Assembly: GCA_036265575.1 (NCBI GenBank) | Contig: DATAOU010000222.1 | Location: 1 to 63,346 of the forward strand | Reading direction: 5' to 3' | Origin: Pyrinomonadaceae bacterium | Lineage (GTDB): Bacteria; Acidobacteriota; Blastocatellia; Pyrinomonadales; Pyrinomonadaceae | Length of the DNA stretch: 63,346 nt | In this document: positions 39,623-49,910 of the stretch, in pieces | How the letters are laid out: the number at the start of each line of letters is the position of its first letter | Position numbering within the stretch: position 1 is the stretch's first letter | Notes under the pieces: generated by a model | What the model saw: only the letters and a program-made list of their open reading frames with translations | Database searches by the model: none | What the model was told of the DNA's origin: nothing | Made by a program: the position numbers and the translations under genes

Positions 39623-40004
39623 ACGGATTCGGGCGCAACGCGTAGCGCCTCGAGTAGCTTCTCCGTTGGCATCAGTCAAAGAGATTTCTCTGGATATTAT
39701 TGGCACACGCGCGGAAGTTCGACGTCGCGGTGGATTAATACCAGCATGGGTAATCTTTGGGATGATTATCCTGGGTACGTTTGCTATCTGCGTCGGCGTC
39801 ACGATGCGGACACGCACCAGGATGTCTTTGGCTTCGGATCAATATGTTCGCATGCAAACGGATGTTGAGGGATTGCGTACAACTAACCAGTCGTTGCGAA
39901 TGGAAATTGAGAAGTTGCGCTCCGACCCGCGCACCATAGAAGTCGCTGCTCGCAGCCGGCTGAATATGGTACGGCCAAACGAGATTGTAGTGCCCGTTGA
40001 ATGA
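39615..40004 (+). CDS. Septum formation initiator family protein (FtsB/DivIC-like); start uncertain
   Basis: The track ORF starts at TTG 39537, which would overlap the pgm-like gene by 86 nt. I prefer GTG 39615, but this is unverified. One TM segment ('IPAWVIFGMIILGTFAICVGV') is followed by a coiled coil and 'DPRTIEVAARSRLNMVRPNEIVV', typical of FtsB/DivIC. Confidence 0.6.
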   Translation: MDERIRAQRVAPRVASPLASVKEISLDIIGTRAEVRRRGGLIPAWVIFGMIILGTFAICVGVTMRTRTRMSLASDQYVRMQTDVEGLRTTNQSLRMEIEKLRSDPRTIEVAARSRLNMVRPNEIVVPVE

Positions 40005-40188
40005 GCCATTGGGGAAGCTCCTTCGCAACGGCGAACACTAGATCGATTTTTACCTGCCGGTTGCCCGCTAGTTCCCCTTCTTGAACGCCACGCATCGCGA
40101 GTGCCTGCCGAGAACGCGCGGTTGTGACTGCCATCACAGCCGCGCTCCCCTCTTAAAGAAGCCACATCAAACTTCTTGGATAGTCGCG

Positions 40189-40217
40189 TTGACACGTCTA
40201 CACGTGTAAACTAATAT
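40189..40217 (+). promoter_or_regulatory. Near-consensus sigma70-type promoter with an embedded palindrome upstream of the mutase operon
   Basis: TTGACA (40189-40194), a 17-nt spacer, then TAATAT (40212-40217), which ends 35 nt upstream of the ATG at 40252. The spacer contains the perfect palindrome TACACGTGTA (40199-40208) and the direct repeat ACACGT. Confidence 0.4.
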
Positions 40218-40251
40218 CGAATTCCAACTAGCAACTGTTCAGTAAAGTCCT

Positions 40252-41931
40252 ATGTCTGAAACCAAGATCACTTCACCAGCACAGGAAGCGTTCGAGGAAT
40301 GGGAGCGCGAAACCCTCGAACCGGTCCTGGCAAAACATCCCGAACGAAAATCGAATTTTCAGACCGTCTCTCTCGAGGAGACAAACAGACTCTACACGCC
40401 GGCGGATGTTGAGCCGCTCGATTTCGAGCGCGACATTTCATTCCCCGGAAATTTTCCCTACACCCGCGGGATACATCCAACCGGCTATCGTGGCAAGCTT
40501 TGGACCATGCGCCAGTTTGCCGGATTTAGCACGCCCGAAGAGACCAATGCGCGCTTCAAGTACCTCTTGGCCCAGGGGCAAAACGGTCTTTCAGTCGCGT
40601 ACGACTTGCCGACGTTAATGGGTTATGACGCCGATTCTCCGCTCTCAGAAGGCGAGGTCGGAAAATGTGGTGTGGCTGTTTCATCATTGGCTGACATGGA
40701 AGTGTTGTTCGACGAAATACCGCTTGAGCAAGTCACCGTGTCGCAAACCATCAACGCGCCGGCCTCTGTCCTGCTAGCGATGTATTTGGTAGTTGCCGAG
40801 AAGCAGGGCGCCGACTGGAAAAAGATTTCCGGCACGCTGCAAAACGACATCCTTAAGGAATACATCGCACAGAAGGAATGGATCTATCCGATTCGTCCGG
40901 CGATGAAGCTGGTGGTAGATACTTTTGAATTCTGTACGCAGCACGTGCCCCGCTACAATCCGGTTTCTGTCAGCGGCTACCACATCCGCGAAGCCGGAGC
41001 CACGGCCGTGCAGGAACTCGCGTTCACGCTGCGTGATGGTCTTGAATATGTGGAATGGGGCATTCGCGCGGGCCTGGAGTTGGATGCATTCGTACCGCGA
41101 ATTTCTTTCTTCTTCAATGCGCACAATGATTTTTTTGAAGAGATTGCGAAGTATCGCGCTGCGCGTCGTATCTGGGCGCGCGAAATGCGCGATCGCTTTG
41201 GCTCAACTAACGAGCGCACGCTAAAACTGCGGTTCCATACCCAGACGGCAGGCGTTTCTTTGACGGTCCAACAACCGCTGAACAATATTGTGCGGGTTGC
41301 TATCCAAGCGCTCGCAGGCGTGCTGGGCGGCACTCAAAGTTTGCACACCGATGCTTACGACGAAGCCCTTGCCCTGCCAACCGATCGCGCTGCTCTAATT
41401 GCGTTGCGCACTCAGCAAATCATCGCCGAAGAAACGGGCGTGGCGAATACGGTAGATCCGCTCGGCGGTTCTTACTACCTTGAGTCGCTAACCCAAAAAA
41501 TGGAAGAAGGAGCGTTGGATTATTTCCGCCGCATCGACGCCATGGGTGGAATGGTTGACGCGATTGAGAAGGGCTTTCCGCAACGCGAGCTGCAGGATTC
41601 CGCCTATCAATATCAAAAGGCGGTTGAGCGCGGTGAGCAAGTTATCGTCGGCGTCAATAAATACGCAATGGAAGACGAACCTTCGGAAGTTCCCACGCTG
41701 GTAATCGATGAATCGGTTCGCGAGCATCAGGTCAATCGGCTGCAGGAAACGCGCGATCGGCGCGACAAGGGCGCGGTCAGCAACGCCCTTGAAAAACTTC
41801 GCCGCGCCGCGCAGAACAACGAGAACACCATGCCCGCAACGATTGAGGCGGTGCGCGCTTATGCCACGCTTGGTGAGATTTGCTCAGCGCTGCGCGATGT
41901 TTACGGCATCTACGAAGAACCCGCGTTCTAA
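40252..41931 (+). CDS. Methylmalonyl-CoA mutase family, large (substrate-binding TIM barrel) subunit
   Basis: 559-aa ORF. '[25 protein letters not shown]', '[13 protein letters not shown]' and '[10 protein letters not shown]' are hallmark acyl-CoA mutase motifs. It has no B12 domain, so this is the split form. Confidence 0.9.
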   Translation: MSETKITSPAQEAFEEWERETLEPVLAKHPERKSNFQTVSLEETNRLYTPADVEPLDFERDISFPGNFPYTRGIHPTGYRGKLWTMRQFAGFSTPEETNARFKYLLAQGQNGLSVAYDLPTLMGYDADSPLSEGEVGKCGVAVSSLADMEVLFDEIPLEQVTVSQTINAPASVLLAMYLVVAEKQGADWKKISGTLQNDILKEYIAQKEWIYPIRPAMKLVVDTFEFCTQHVPRYNPVSVSGYHIREAGATAVQELAFTLRDGLEYVEWGIRAGLELDAFVPRISFFFNAHNDFFEEIAKYRAARRIWAREMRDRFGSTNERTLKLRFHTQTAGVSLTVQQPLNNIVRVAIQALAGVLGGTQSLHTDAYDEALALPTDRAALIALRTQQIIAEETGVANTVDPLGGSYYLESLTQKMEEGALDYFRRIDAMGGMVDAIEKGFPQRELQDSAYQYQKAVERGEQVIVGVNKYAMEDEPSEVPTLVIDESVREHQVNRLQETRDRRDKGAVSNALEKLRRAAQNNENTMPATIEAVRAYATLGEICSALRDVYGIYEEPAF

Positions 41932-41940
41932 CCTCGCAAA

Positions 41941-42744
41941 TTGATCCAGTTTCAAAACATTAATATGCGCCTGCCGTGGTTGCTCGTTCTCTTCCTCCTG
42001 CTTTTCGCTCCCAGTAGCTTTTCATTTCCTGCGATTCAAGCAACGCCAGTCCAAAACGATCGAGTGGTCGTGAGGCCACGCACGATTGTGATCGTGCGTA
42101 GGGGCAAAATCGTAAAAGAGTTTCCCGAAAAGAAACGAGCAACCATTAAGCTGCCCGTGATCAGCGGATTGAGTGACGCGCGCGTTTTGCGAAAGGTGCA
42201 ATCGATCCTGGAAATCAAAAACGTGTTTGATACTTCGGTGGCCGAGTATCGCGAGGACAATTGGTTGGAAGAGCTCGACTACAAAGTGAACTACAACCAG
42301 AACCATATTCTGGACATCACTTTTAGCCAGAGTGGAGTAGGAGCTTATCCCGACAGTCAAACTAAACACTTTGCAATTAATCTTAAGAACGGACAGGTCA
42401 TTAAGGCGACTGATGCGTTCATTCCCAACAAACTCGATACGCTTGCTGCCCTGGTGAAAACAAAGTTCGACGCTGAACTGGCTCAGATCCTCAGAGAGCT
42501 AACGGAATCAAAGAGCGATCCCGAGGACATACGAATCGCAAAGGAAGCGCAGGAGGCGCTTGAATTTAAACTTTCGGATATTGATGATTTCTCCATCGGC
42601 GATAAAGGAGTGACTTTCCTTTACGACGCGGGTTATCCACATGCAATACAAGCATTCGAACCCAACGGCAAATATTTCTTTTCGTACTCAGAACTAAAGC
42701 CACTCATCCGACGCGACGGTCCGCTGGGGCAATTCATCCGCTAA
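41941..42744 (+). CDS. Hypothetical secreted protein inserted between the two mutase subunit genes
   Basis: 267-aa ORF with a TTG start in the track; ATG 41965 is an alternative. The signal peptide is 'MRLPWLLVLFLLLFAPSSFSFPA'. I cannot assign a family confidently; it may resemble DUF3298/RsiV. Confidence 0.5.
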   Translation: MIQFQNINMRLPWLLVLFLLLFAPSSFSFPAIQATPVQNDRVVVRPRTIVIVRRGKIVKEFPEKKRATIKLPVISGLSDARVLRKVQSILEIKNVFDTSVAEYREDNWLEELDYKVNYNQNHILDITFSQSGVGAYPDSQTKHFAINLKNGQVIKATDAFIPNKLDTLAALVKTKFDAELAQILRELTESKSDPEDIRIAKEAQEALEFKLSDIDDFSIGDKGVTFLYDAGYPHAIQAFEPNGKYFFSYSELKPLIRRDGPLGQFIR

Positions 42745-42759
42745 GGCTACAATAGGGTC

Positions 42760-43164
42760 ATGAACGAGAGAAAAATCCGCGTGCTGGTTGCGAAGCCAGG
42801 TCTGGACGGCCACGATCGTGGCGCGAAAGTTATTGCGCGTGCCTTGCGCGATGCCGGCATGGAAGTTATTTACACTGGTCTGCGCCAAACTCCCGAAATG
42901 ATCGCTGCGGCAGCGTTGCAGGAAGATGTCGACGCCGTCGGCGTTTCGATTCTGAGTGGCGCCCACAACACGCTTTGCCCGCGCATCGTGCAACTGCTTC
43001 ACGATCAGGGAATGAACGACTGTCTGGTCTTACTCGGCGGCATTGTTCCCCAGGACGATATCGCGAAACTGAAGCAGCAAGGCGTCGCGGAAATCTTCCT
43101 GCCCGGCACATCCACTGAAAACATCGTCAAGTTCTTGCGCGAGAATGTGAAGCCGCGCGAATAA
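42760..43164 (+). CDS. Methylmalonyl-CoA mutase family, small cobalamin-binding subunit
   Basis: 134-aa ORF. '[31 protein letters not shown]' carries the DxHxxG B12-binding motif, and 'GVSILSGAH' is present. Confidence 0.9.
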   Translation: MNERKIRVLVAKPGLDGHDRGAKVIARALRDAGMEVIYTGLRQTPEMIAAAALQEDVDAVGVSILSGAHNTLCPRIVQLLHDQGMNDCLVLLGGIVPQDDIAKLKQQGVAEIFLPGTSTENIVKFLRENVKPRE

Positions 43165-43167
43165 CGG

Positions 43168-43785
43168 ATGCCACCGACGTCAGCAATCGTGACCGACGTC
43201 AGCGGCTCGACGGCCGTCATTCGCTTAAACGAACCTGCCAAACGCAATCCCCTTTCGGGATCAACTCTAAACAGACTTAGAGACGTAGTCTCTTCCTTAA
43301 CTGCTCGTGAAGACCTGAGGGTGATCATCTTCACCGGTTCGGAAGACGTGTTTGCTTCGGGCGCCGATATTCGCGAACTCACCCAACTCGATCCGGAACG
43401 GGCCCTTGAGTTTTCGCAATTCGGTCAGAATCTCTTCAAGACTATTGCGAATGCCAGGCAGGTCACGATTGCCGCGATCAATGGCTATTGCATGGGTGGC
43501 GGGCTCGATTTGGCGCTGGCCTGCGACCTTCGCATCGCCTCGCCGCAAGCCGTCTTCCGGCATCCTGGCGCAGGGCTCGGGATAATCACCGGCTGGGGCG
43601 GAACACAAAGATTGCCACGACTGATTGGCCGTGCCCGTTCACTTGAATTTCTTCTTACAACACGTTGGCTGAAGAGCACAGAAGCGCTGCGAATGGGATT
43701 AGTGAGCAGTATCGCGGATGACGTCTTAGCCACGGCGCTGGCAGCTGCTCGAGACATTCAAAAGACAAGCGGCGCCAAACCCTAA
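43168..43785 (+). CDS. Enoyl-CoA hydratase/isomerase (crotonase) family protein, short form; possibly methylmalonyl-CoA decarboxylase-like
   Basis: 205-aa ORF. 'IFTGSEDVFASGADIRE' and 'AAINGYCMGGGLDLALACDLRIA' are crotonase oxyanion-hole motifs. Its position after the mutase recalls E. coli scpA-scpB (inference). Confidence 0.8.
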   Translation: MPPTSAIVTDVSGSTAVIRLNEPAKRNPLSGSTLNRLRDVVSSLTAREDLRVIIFTGSEDVFASGADIRELTQLDPERALEFSQFGQNLFKTIANARQVTIAAINGYCMGGGLDLALACDLRIASPQAVFRHPGAGLGIITGWGGTQRLPRLIGRARSLEFLLTTRWLKSTEALRMGLVSSIADDVLATALAAARDIQKTSGAKP

Positions 43786-43824
43786 GGACTTGGCGCCGCC
43801 AGCGAAATAGTTTGAGTCTCGATC

Positions 43825-46800
43825 TTAGAACTCGACTCGTCCTCCGAGTTGAATGGTGAATGGCAAGCCGACTGGCGGACCGAATCCCGGACCGTAAAGC
43901 GAAGACGGCTGCGCAAATGTTCCCGCCGAGGATAAATTGCTAAGTCCAAGGCGGTCGCCAAAGGAAAGATTCTCACGATTGAAAATGTTGAAGAAATTAA
44001 TGTAGGCCTTTACTTTGACCCTTTCGCCAATGGCGAAGGTCTTGGTAACGCGCGTATCCACATTAAAGAAGTTACCACTTCGTTCTTCGATAGCTGTGCC
44101 GTTGACTACAAAACCTTTGCGTTGGCTGTTAACCGATGTCTGTCTACATCCGGGCGCTATCGCTCCAGCCGGCACCGCACCTGCTATTACCGCCTGCAGC
44201 AATGTGCGGGCGTCAAAGCCAGTGCAGACTCGGTCAACTGTGGAACGTCCATCACCGTCGATGTCCGATCCAGCGTTAAGAGAGTAAGGCCGCGCGGTTG
44301 CAAACTGCACAATCGGAGCAATCTGGAAGCCGTAGGGTAACTCGAACAATCCGCTCGCCACGATCCGGTGTCGCTCATCAATTCGAGTCGGACCAAACTC
44401 TCCGGGCGCAAACTGCTGCTCTGGCGTGATGGCAATGCCGTTGCCGCTGTAGGACGCAGTTGGTTGTCCGCCCCAGCCACGTGAACTGGAAAGAATGTAG
44501 CTCAGTGAAAAGAAAGCGTGGGTTGTGCGGCGGCGCAGCGTGGTGGCCCAGCTGTCGTAAAGTGATCGATTTGTTGAGCCGAACATATTGATTTGCTCGA
44601 GCCGGCCCGCACCCAGTCCCGCGGCTACGAACGCGGCGTCGAAGTAACGCGTATTTCCGCCCCGCGGACAGGTTGCACTAATTGCTGATCCGGTCGGGCA
44701 AATGCCACGGATTCGCGGGTTGACGTTTTGTACCCGGTTTTCGTGTAGACCGAGGGTATGAACGTAATCACTGGAGAGGACGTAGTTCTCTCCAAGTTTA
44801 GTTTCAACGCCGATGGACCACTTTTGCACGTACGGATCTCGAAGAGTGGGATCGTTGATGCGACCAAATCCGCCGACCTCAAGATTCGCAGTAGAAAAGC
44901 CCGGCGGCGGTGCTGGTAGCGGATCAACACCAAATCTAAAAGCTGCTGTTTGCCCGGTGCCCACCTGCCCGCCTGAGTTCAGATCGAGTACTGTTTGATA
45001 GATCGTCGGATTTCCTTGTTGTTTTGAAAACAACGTTAGATTCTGGAAGACTTGGTCGTAGAAAATTCCGTAACCACCGCGAATTACCGTTTGTCCTGTT
45101 CCATAAATATCCCAGGCAAATCCCACGCGCGGTTGAAACTCCTTGTAGCTGCTGGTTGTCCTGCTAAGCGCAGCTGGGTTTCCAGCAATCGCCTGAGCCC
45201 GGCCATTGTTGAGCTGTCTGAGAATCTGCATCGTGCGGTTATTAGTCTGATCGACCAGCAGCTTGATGTTTGCATCCCAGCGCAGTCCAAGGTTAAGAGT
45301 TAAGCGTGGCGTCACCTTAAAGTCATCCTGTGCATAAAACGCCAACTGGTGAAATGGTGGCTGACTGGTGTCCCCGGCACCGGTACTGAAGGTTATTTCG
45401 TTAACAGCTCCGGGAGTCGCGAACCCTGCCGGATAACAGCGATCGTCTGCCAATCCATTGCCATTTAGATCCTGACAATTAGCAGACACCAGATTGTTCC
45501 GAATCGTTAGCGGATCGTCGAAGAAAAATATCTGATAACCGTTAGCGCCGAAGAAGAAAAACCCGTTGAGTTCGGTATGAATGTAGTTCATGCCAAACTT
45601 CAGGCTATGGTTGCCGCGCAATACCGAAATATCGTCACGGAACTGGAACTTTCGCTCTTTCGTCTGCTGCGGTACGTTGACGTTGGCGCCGCTCTGCACT
45701 GAGGGGAATACCAGATTGGGATCGGTTGTGACTCCCAGAATATTGTTTTCGAAATTCTGATACTGGAACGAAAACTGATTCAGCACGCGCGGGCTAAACG
45801 TGTAGGTGTGATTCACAACAAAGCTGGTCAGCTTGTTGGTGTTGGTGTTTCCGTTAGCCAGATCGCCAGGCTGACCGGGATCAAACTGATCGTTTGGTGA
45901 ATCATTTTTCTGGAAAGCATAGCGATAAAACATGTTCTGTTTATCGCTGATGTGATGATCAATCTTGATGGTCAGGAGAGTATCGTTGTACGGCAGCGGA
46001 ATCGTCGGCGATGCGGTTACGTTCGGAATCGCAGCAATCTGCGATAGCAGCGCCGGGTTCACCAGGAGATTCTGCCGTTCGCGGAATCTTTCGACAGCGC
46101 CAAAGAAGAAGAGCTTGTCCTTAACTATTCGACCCCCGATTGAACCGCCAAACTCCTCCCGGTTGTACTTTGGTTTTGGATCGGTCGACTGCTTTTCAAA
46201 GAAATCCCGGGCGCGCAGTGACTGATTGCGGAAGTTGAAAAACGCTGAACCATGAAGGTCGTTGCTTCCGGATTTCGAGATGACGTTTACGACGCCGCCT
46301 ACCGACCTGCCACTCTCTGCTGTCCAGCGATGCTGCAGCACTTGAAACTCCTGAATTGATTCATAAGCAAAATTCTGGAGCATGCTGCCGACCACGTTGT
46401 CTTTGTTATCGCCGCCATCGACGTTGACATCGACTTGACGGCCGTCGCCGCCGCTGAAAGAAACGGTGCCAACGTGCGTCTTGGTCGGATCAAAGGTGCC
46501 GACGGGACGCGCTTCGGGCGCGATGATCGAGAGATTCGCGAACGTGCGGTTGAGCAAAGGAAGATTTTGAACTTCCGCGGGCGTGATGTTTCGGCCCAGC
46601 TCGGAAGTGGTCGTTTCGATGGGAGTACCAGCTGACGTAACTTCAACGGTAGCGGTGAGGGCCCCAGGCTTCAGCTCAAAGTTTTGAGAAACATTGGCCC
46701 CCACATTCAATTCAAAGTCCCGAGCCAGGGCCTTGCTAAAATTCGCAGCCTCGACAGTTATGTCGTATCTGCCCGGTTCCAGATTCGTGAGCGTGTATTC

Positions 46801-47013
46801 GCCTGAATCGTCTGTCGTTGCTGATCGGGGCGCGCCAGTGGCCTTATTGGTGGCGGTAACTGTGGCGCCCGCCACCACCCGCCCTTGCTCATCTACGACT
46901 TTGCCGGAAATGTCTCCGCGCGTCTGTTGTGCGTAACTGGGAACTGCCAGGAAGATTGTCAACGCTAAAACAAGGAAGAAAAATCGGGTTGCAACTTGAA
47001 AAGAACTTCTCAT
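43825..47013 (-). CDS. TonB-dependent outer-membrane receptor with an N-terminal carboxypeptidase-regulatory-like domain
   Basis: 1062-aa ORF with a signal peptide. 'GKVVDEQGRVVAGATVTATNKATGAPRSATTDDSGEYTLTNLEPGRYDITVEA' is a CarboxypepD_reg-like domain. The plug and barrel follow, and the protein ends in 'LGGRVEF' (terminal aromatic residue). Confidence 0.85.
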   Translation of the reverse strand: MRSSFQVATRFFFLVLALTIFLAVPSYAQQTRGDISGKVVDEQGRVVAGATVTATNKATGAPRSATTDDSGEYTLTNLEPGRYDITVEAANFSKALARDFELNVGANVSQNFELKPGALTATVEVTSAGTPIETTTSELGRNITPAEVQNLPLLNRTFANLSIIAPEARPVGTFDPTKTHVGTVSFSGGDGRQVDVNVDGGDNKDNVVGSMLQNFAYESIQEFQVLQHRWTAESGRSVGGVVNVISKSGSNDLHGSAFFNFRNQSLRARDFFEKQSTDPKPKYNREEFGGSIGGRIVKDKLFFFGAVERFRERQNLLVNPALLSQIAAIPNVTASPTIPLPYNDTLLTIKIDHHISDKQNMFYRYAFQKNDSPNDQFDPGQPGDLANGNTNTNKLTSFVVNHTYTFSPRVLNQFSFQYQNFENNILGVTTDPNLVFPSVQSGANVNVPQQTKERKFQFRDDISVLRGNHSLKFGMNYIHTELNGFFFFGANGYQIFFFDDPLTIRNNLVSANCQDLNGNGLADDRCYPAGFATPGAVNEITFSTGAGDTSQPPFHQLAFYAQDDFKVTPRLTLNLGLRWDANIKLLVDQTNNRTMQILRQLNNGRAQAIAGNPAALSRTTSSYKEFQPRVGFAWDIYGTGQTVIRGGYGIFYDQVFQNLTLFSKQQGNPTIYQTVLDLNSGGQVGTGQTAAFRFGVDPLPAPPPGFSTANLEVGGFGRINDPTLRDPYVQKWSIGVETKLGENYVLSSDYVHTLGLHENRVQNVNPRIRGICPTGSAISATCPRGGNTRYFDAAFVAAGLGAGRLEQINMFGSTNRSLYDSWATTLRRRTTHAFFSLSYILSSSRGWGGQPTASYSGNGIAITPEQQFAPGEFGPTRIDERHRIVASGLFELPYGFQIAPIVQFATARPYSLNAGSDIDGDGRSTVDRVCTGFDARTLLQAVIAGAVPAGAIAPGCRQTSVNSQRKGFVVNGTAIEERSGNFFNVDTRVTKTFAIGERVKVKAYINFFNIFNRENLSFGDRLGLSNLSSAGTFAQPSSLYGPGFGPPVGLPFTIQLGGRVEF

Positions 47014-47212
47014 GGGTGTCTCCTTTTAAAGAGCTCGTGAGTTTCCTCTTGTTGGACCATGTGGGCGACGCTTTTCGTGAATGCAAGTCACATTCTACAG
47101 CCGTGACGTTCATTTATGTCAACTTTTATTCGGAAAAGTTCAGCAAAGAGCTTGGCCCAATGTTGCAAATTCAAAATTCTGGTTGCTGACGTCTAGTTTT
47201 CTGGAGGGCCAA

Positions 47213-47995
47213 CTATTGCGGGCCGGTTCGCCTGCTAAGGAACCGGTTGATTCCTGCGCGGCAATCGTCCGTGAGGCGAGCGATGACGTTCGTATCCGCG
47301 CCAGCGGACAGCGCGTCAGGAAAGGCCATACCGTCAGTTTGATATAGGAGCATCTTGGTGAGGCTGACCGCCGACCGGCTGAGCTTTTCAAACTGAGCGG
47401 CATAAGTCCGAACGTCATCAGCAAAAGTCGCGTCAGCAAAAATTTGATTCACGAGTCCGAATTCCTGAGCTGTCCTGGCATCGATTTCGGAACCGCTGGT
47501 CAATAACTCGAAGGCGCGTTTTTCGGAGACGTTGCGTCGAAGAATCGCCGTCACCATCGCCGGCACGAAGCCTATCTTCACTTCCGGATACCCGAAACGC
47601 GCGTCGACCGAAGCCAAAACAAGATCGCACGCGCTCGCTAATCCGCAGCCACCGGCAAGTGCCTTACCCCGAACCGCGGCAATAACCGGAACGGATACCG
47701 ATCGGATCAAAGTGAACAGCTCGAGCAACGAACCTGCGTCTGCAGCGTTTTCAGCCACAGAGCCGTCGGCAATTTTTTGCAATGCCGAAAGATCAGCGCC
47801 TGAGCAAAAATCTTTACCGGCGCCGGTTAGAATGATTGCATTGATCGATGAGTCGTCGTTTGCCTTGCGCAACGAGACCTTCAACTGCTCGATCAGTGCA
47901 TCGTTAAGTGCGTTTCGTTTCTCTGGACGATTGAGCGTGAGCGTAGCGATCGCGCCTGCGACGTTGTAAAGAACGACTGGAGTTTCGTTGGTCAT
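47213..47995 (-). CDS. Enoyl-CoA hydratase/isomerase family protein
   Basis: 260-aa ORF. 'ILTGAGKDFCSGADL' and 'AAVRGKALAGGCGLASACDLVLAS'. Confidence 0.85.
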   Translation of the reverse strand: MTNETPVVLYNVAGAIATLTLNRPEKRNALNDALIEQLKVSLRKANDDSSINAIILTGAGKDFCSGADLSALQKIADGSVAENAADAGSLLELFTLIRSVSVPVIAAVRGKALAGGCGLASACDLVLASVDARFGYPEVKIGFVPAMVTAILRRNVSEKRAFELLTSGSEIDARTAQEFGLVNQIFADATFADDVRTYAAQFEKLSRSAVSLTKMLLYQTDGMAFPDALSAGADTNVIARLTDDCRAGINRFLSRRTGPQ

Positions 47996-48012
47996 TGCGG
48001 AAAGTTGGTTTG

Positions 48013-48363
48013 TCAGGGCATGAGTTCAAGCGACTGCGCTTCTTCATCGGACAGTTCGATCATCATTCGCAGCAGTGCAGTCGAAAATGTTTTGCCCTGC
48101 GCGTCAGTCATCAGCGACAAGGTACCGCCCCCGCCGAGGCTGTGATGCAGAAGGAAGTTCAACGCGCCAAGATTAGGCAGCTCAAACCTCTCTACGTCGC
48201 CTTTGCAAATGCCCTTGAAGTGTTCCTTAACTCGTTCCGCGGTCACTTCGCGAACGAGTAATGGATAAATCTCGGCGCTGAAAGCAATCAAACCGACATT
48301 CGCCGTGTCGCCTTTATCGCCGGAACGCGCGTGCGCAAGTTTTACCAGTTGGATCTTCATCAA
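48013..48363 (-). CDS. Small AtuA-associated protein (equivalent to the C-terminal domain of fused AtuA proteins)
   Basis: 116-aa ORF 'LAHARSGDKGDTANVGLIA...LPNLGALNFLL'. Adjacent to DUF1446. I recall this pairing, but it is not verified. Confidence 0.6.
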   Translation of the reverse strand: MMKIQLVKLAHARSGDKGDTANVGLIAFSAEIYPLLVREVTAERVKEHFKGICKGDVERFELPNLGALNFLLHHSLGGGGTLSLMTDAQGKTFSTALLRMMIELSDEEAQSLELMP

Positions 48364-48418
48364 AATCTAAGCGTGGTATTCCCAACTCTAATTTTACTCA
48401 CCGTTCGGTTCGAAGCCT

Positions 48419-48490
48419 GCAGTTCAGAGTACAACCTTTAGGTTGCTTCTACGCGAGCACGCGGCAAGCTAAGCTTGGACTCTGAACTAC
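48419..48490. repeat. Nested palindromic element (AGTTCAGAGT...ACTCTGAACT type)
   Basis: Left arm gcagttcagagtacaacctttaggttgc (48419-48446). Right arm gcaagctaagcttggactctgaactac (48464-48490). Each arm carries its own mini-palindrome (CAACCTttAGGTTG and CAAGCTtAGCTTG). A second family member lies at 53578-53644. Confidence 0.75.
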
Positions 48491-48517
48491 CTGACCTTCG
48501 CCCCAAAACGTCCAAAG

Positions 48518-49885
48518 CTAAACCTCGATTATTTCCACCTTCGGCTGAATCTCGCTCTTGGGAATCAGTGCCGGCCAGTAAGCAACAATTTCTTCAACTT
48601 TCGGACGGCCACCGGCAAACCCTGTAACCCCCGGTGGCCCAGTTAACACCAGAGGAGCAATCTCTTTCGTAAACCTCTCAACGTCCGACCGGTTTGGGCT
48701 CCGAACACCTATCCGCAATTGAACCTCGGGAAGATCGGGCGATGGATTTCCTACAAGCGGACCATGAGTGGCATTTGCGCCGACAAATTCGGTGAGCACC
48801 TCGTCAAACTTTAACCCAAGCCGGTCGAGACGCTCTCTTAAGATTCGGTCGGCAGCTTGGGCCTTGTCATAGGCGTCGGGCCAGGAGTAGACCAGTGTGC
48901 CAACCGCTTTGTAACCGGCAGAGTAGCTGATTGAAACTTTGAAAGTCTCGGTAGCCGGACGACCTTTGATTCCAAAGACTCGGACACGATCGCGGCCCTC
49001 GTATTCAAGCTGCACGGTCGTGAAGTCCGCCACGCAATCCGGCGTGATGTAATCGTGCGGGTCGCCCATCTCATAAACCAGTTGCTCTTTGACTGAGGGA
49101 ATGATCACCCAGCCGCCCGTGCGTTCATGTTTTGTAATCACAAAACTGCCATCAGGCGATGCTTCAACAATAGGAAACCCGACATTCGCCAGGTTAGGAA
49201 TGCTGCGCCACTCGTACTGGCAATTTCCTCCAGAGCATTGCGCGCCGCATTCAATAATGTGGCCGGCAATAGTGCCTGCTGCCAACCTGTCCCAGTCGTC
49301 GTTCGCCCAACCAAACTCATGAATCAGCGGTGCGAGCGTCAATCCCGTATCGGTCGCGCGCCCTGTAATGACGATGCGCGCGTCACGATTAAGCGCTTCA
49401 ACCAACGGCGCCGCGCCGAGGTAGACATTCGCGCTTTGGATCTGATCGCGAACAGTGTCGAGTGTCGCGCCATTGTCCATATTGCGCATTTCCACACCGC
49501 GCGCGAGCAACTCGTCGAGCTGCGGCATGATGTCATCGCCAGTGACAATTCCAATCTTAAGTTTTCCGCTAAGACCAAGCTCGCGCGCAACTTCTCTAAC
49601 GGCAGCCGCGCAGCCTGCGACATTCACCCCACCCGCATTCGCAGTGACGCGAATGTCGCGCTCGACACACGCGGGCAGTATCTGCTTCATTAAGGGCACG
49701 AAATCTTTCGCATAACCGGCAGCTGGATCCCGCGAGCGCTGCTTCTGCATGATCGACATGGTGACTTCCGCCAGATAGTCGAGCATCAGGTAGTCGATTG
49801 GACCACCTTCAACCTGACGAACCGGCGCTTCGGGCAAGTCGCCCCAGAAGCCTTGTCCGGCTGCAATGCGAATCTGTTGTTTCAT
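48518..49885 (-). CDS. DUF1446 / acyclic terpene utilisation AtuA family protein
   Basis: 455-aa ORF. '[12 protein letters not shown]', '[16 protein letters not shown]' and '[22 protein letters not shown]' match my memory of AtuA/DUF1446. Confidence 0.8.
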   Translation of the reverse strand: MKQQIRIAAGQGFWGDLPEAPVRQVEGGPIDYLMLDYLAEVTMSIMQKQRSRDPAAGYAKDFVPLMKQILPACVERDIRVTANAGGVNVAGCAAAVREVARELGLSGKLKIGIVTGDDIMPQLDELLARGVEMRNMDNGATLDTVRDQIQSANVYLGAAPLVEALNRDARIVITGRATDTGLTLAPLIHEFGWANDDWDRLAAGTIAGHIIECGAQCSGGNCQYEWRSIPNLANVGFPIVEASPDGSFVITKHERTGGWVIIPSVKEQLVYEMGDPHDYITPDCVADFTTVQLEYEGRDRVRVFGIKGRPATETFKVSISYSAGYKAVGTLVYSWPDAYDKAQAADRILRERLDRLGLKFDEVLTEFVGANATHGPLVGNPSPDLPEVQLRIGVRSPNRSDVERFTKEIAPLVLTGPPGVTGFAGGRPKVEEIVAYWPALIPKSEIQPKVEIIEV

Positions 49886-49910
49886 GAAAAGTTAAGAACC
49901 CAAACTAGCA

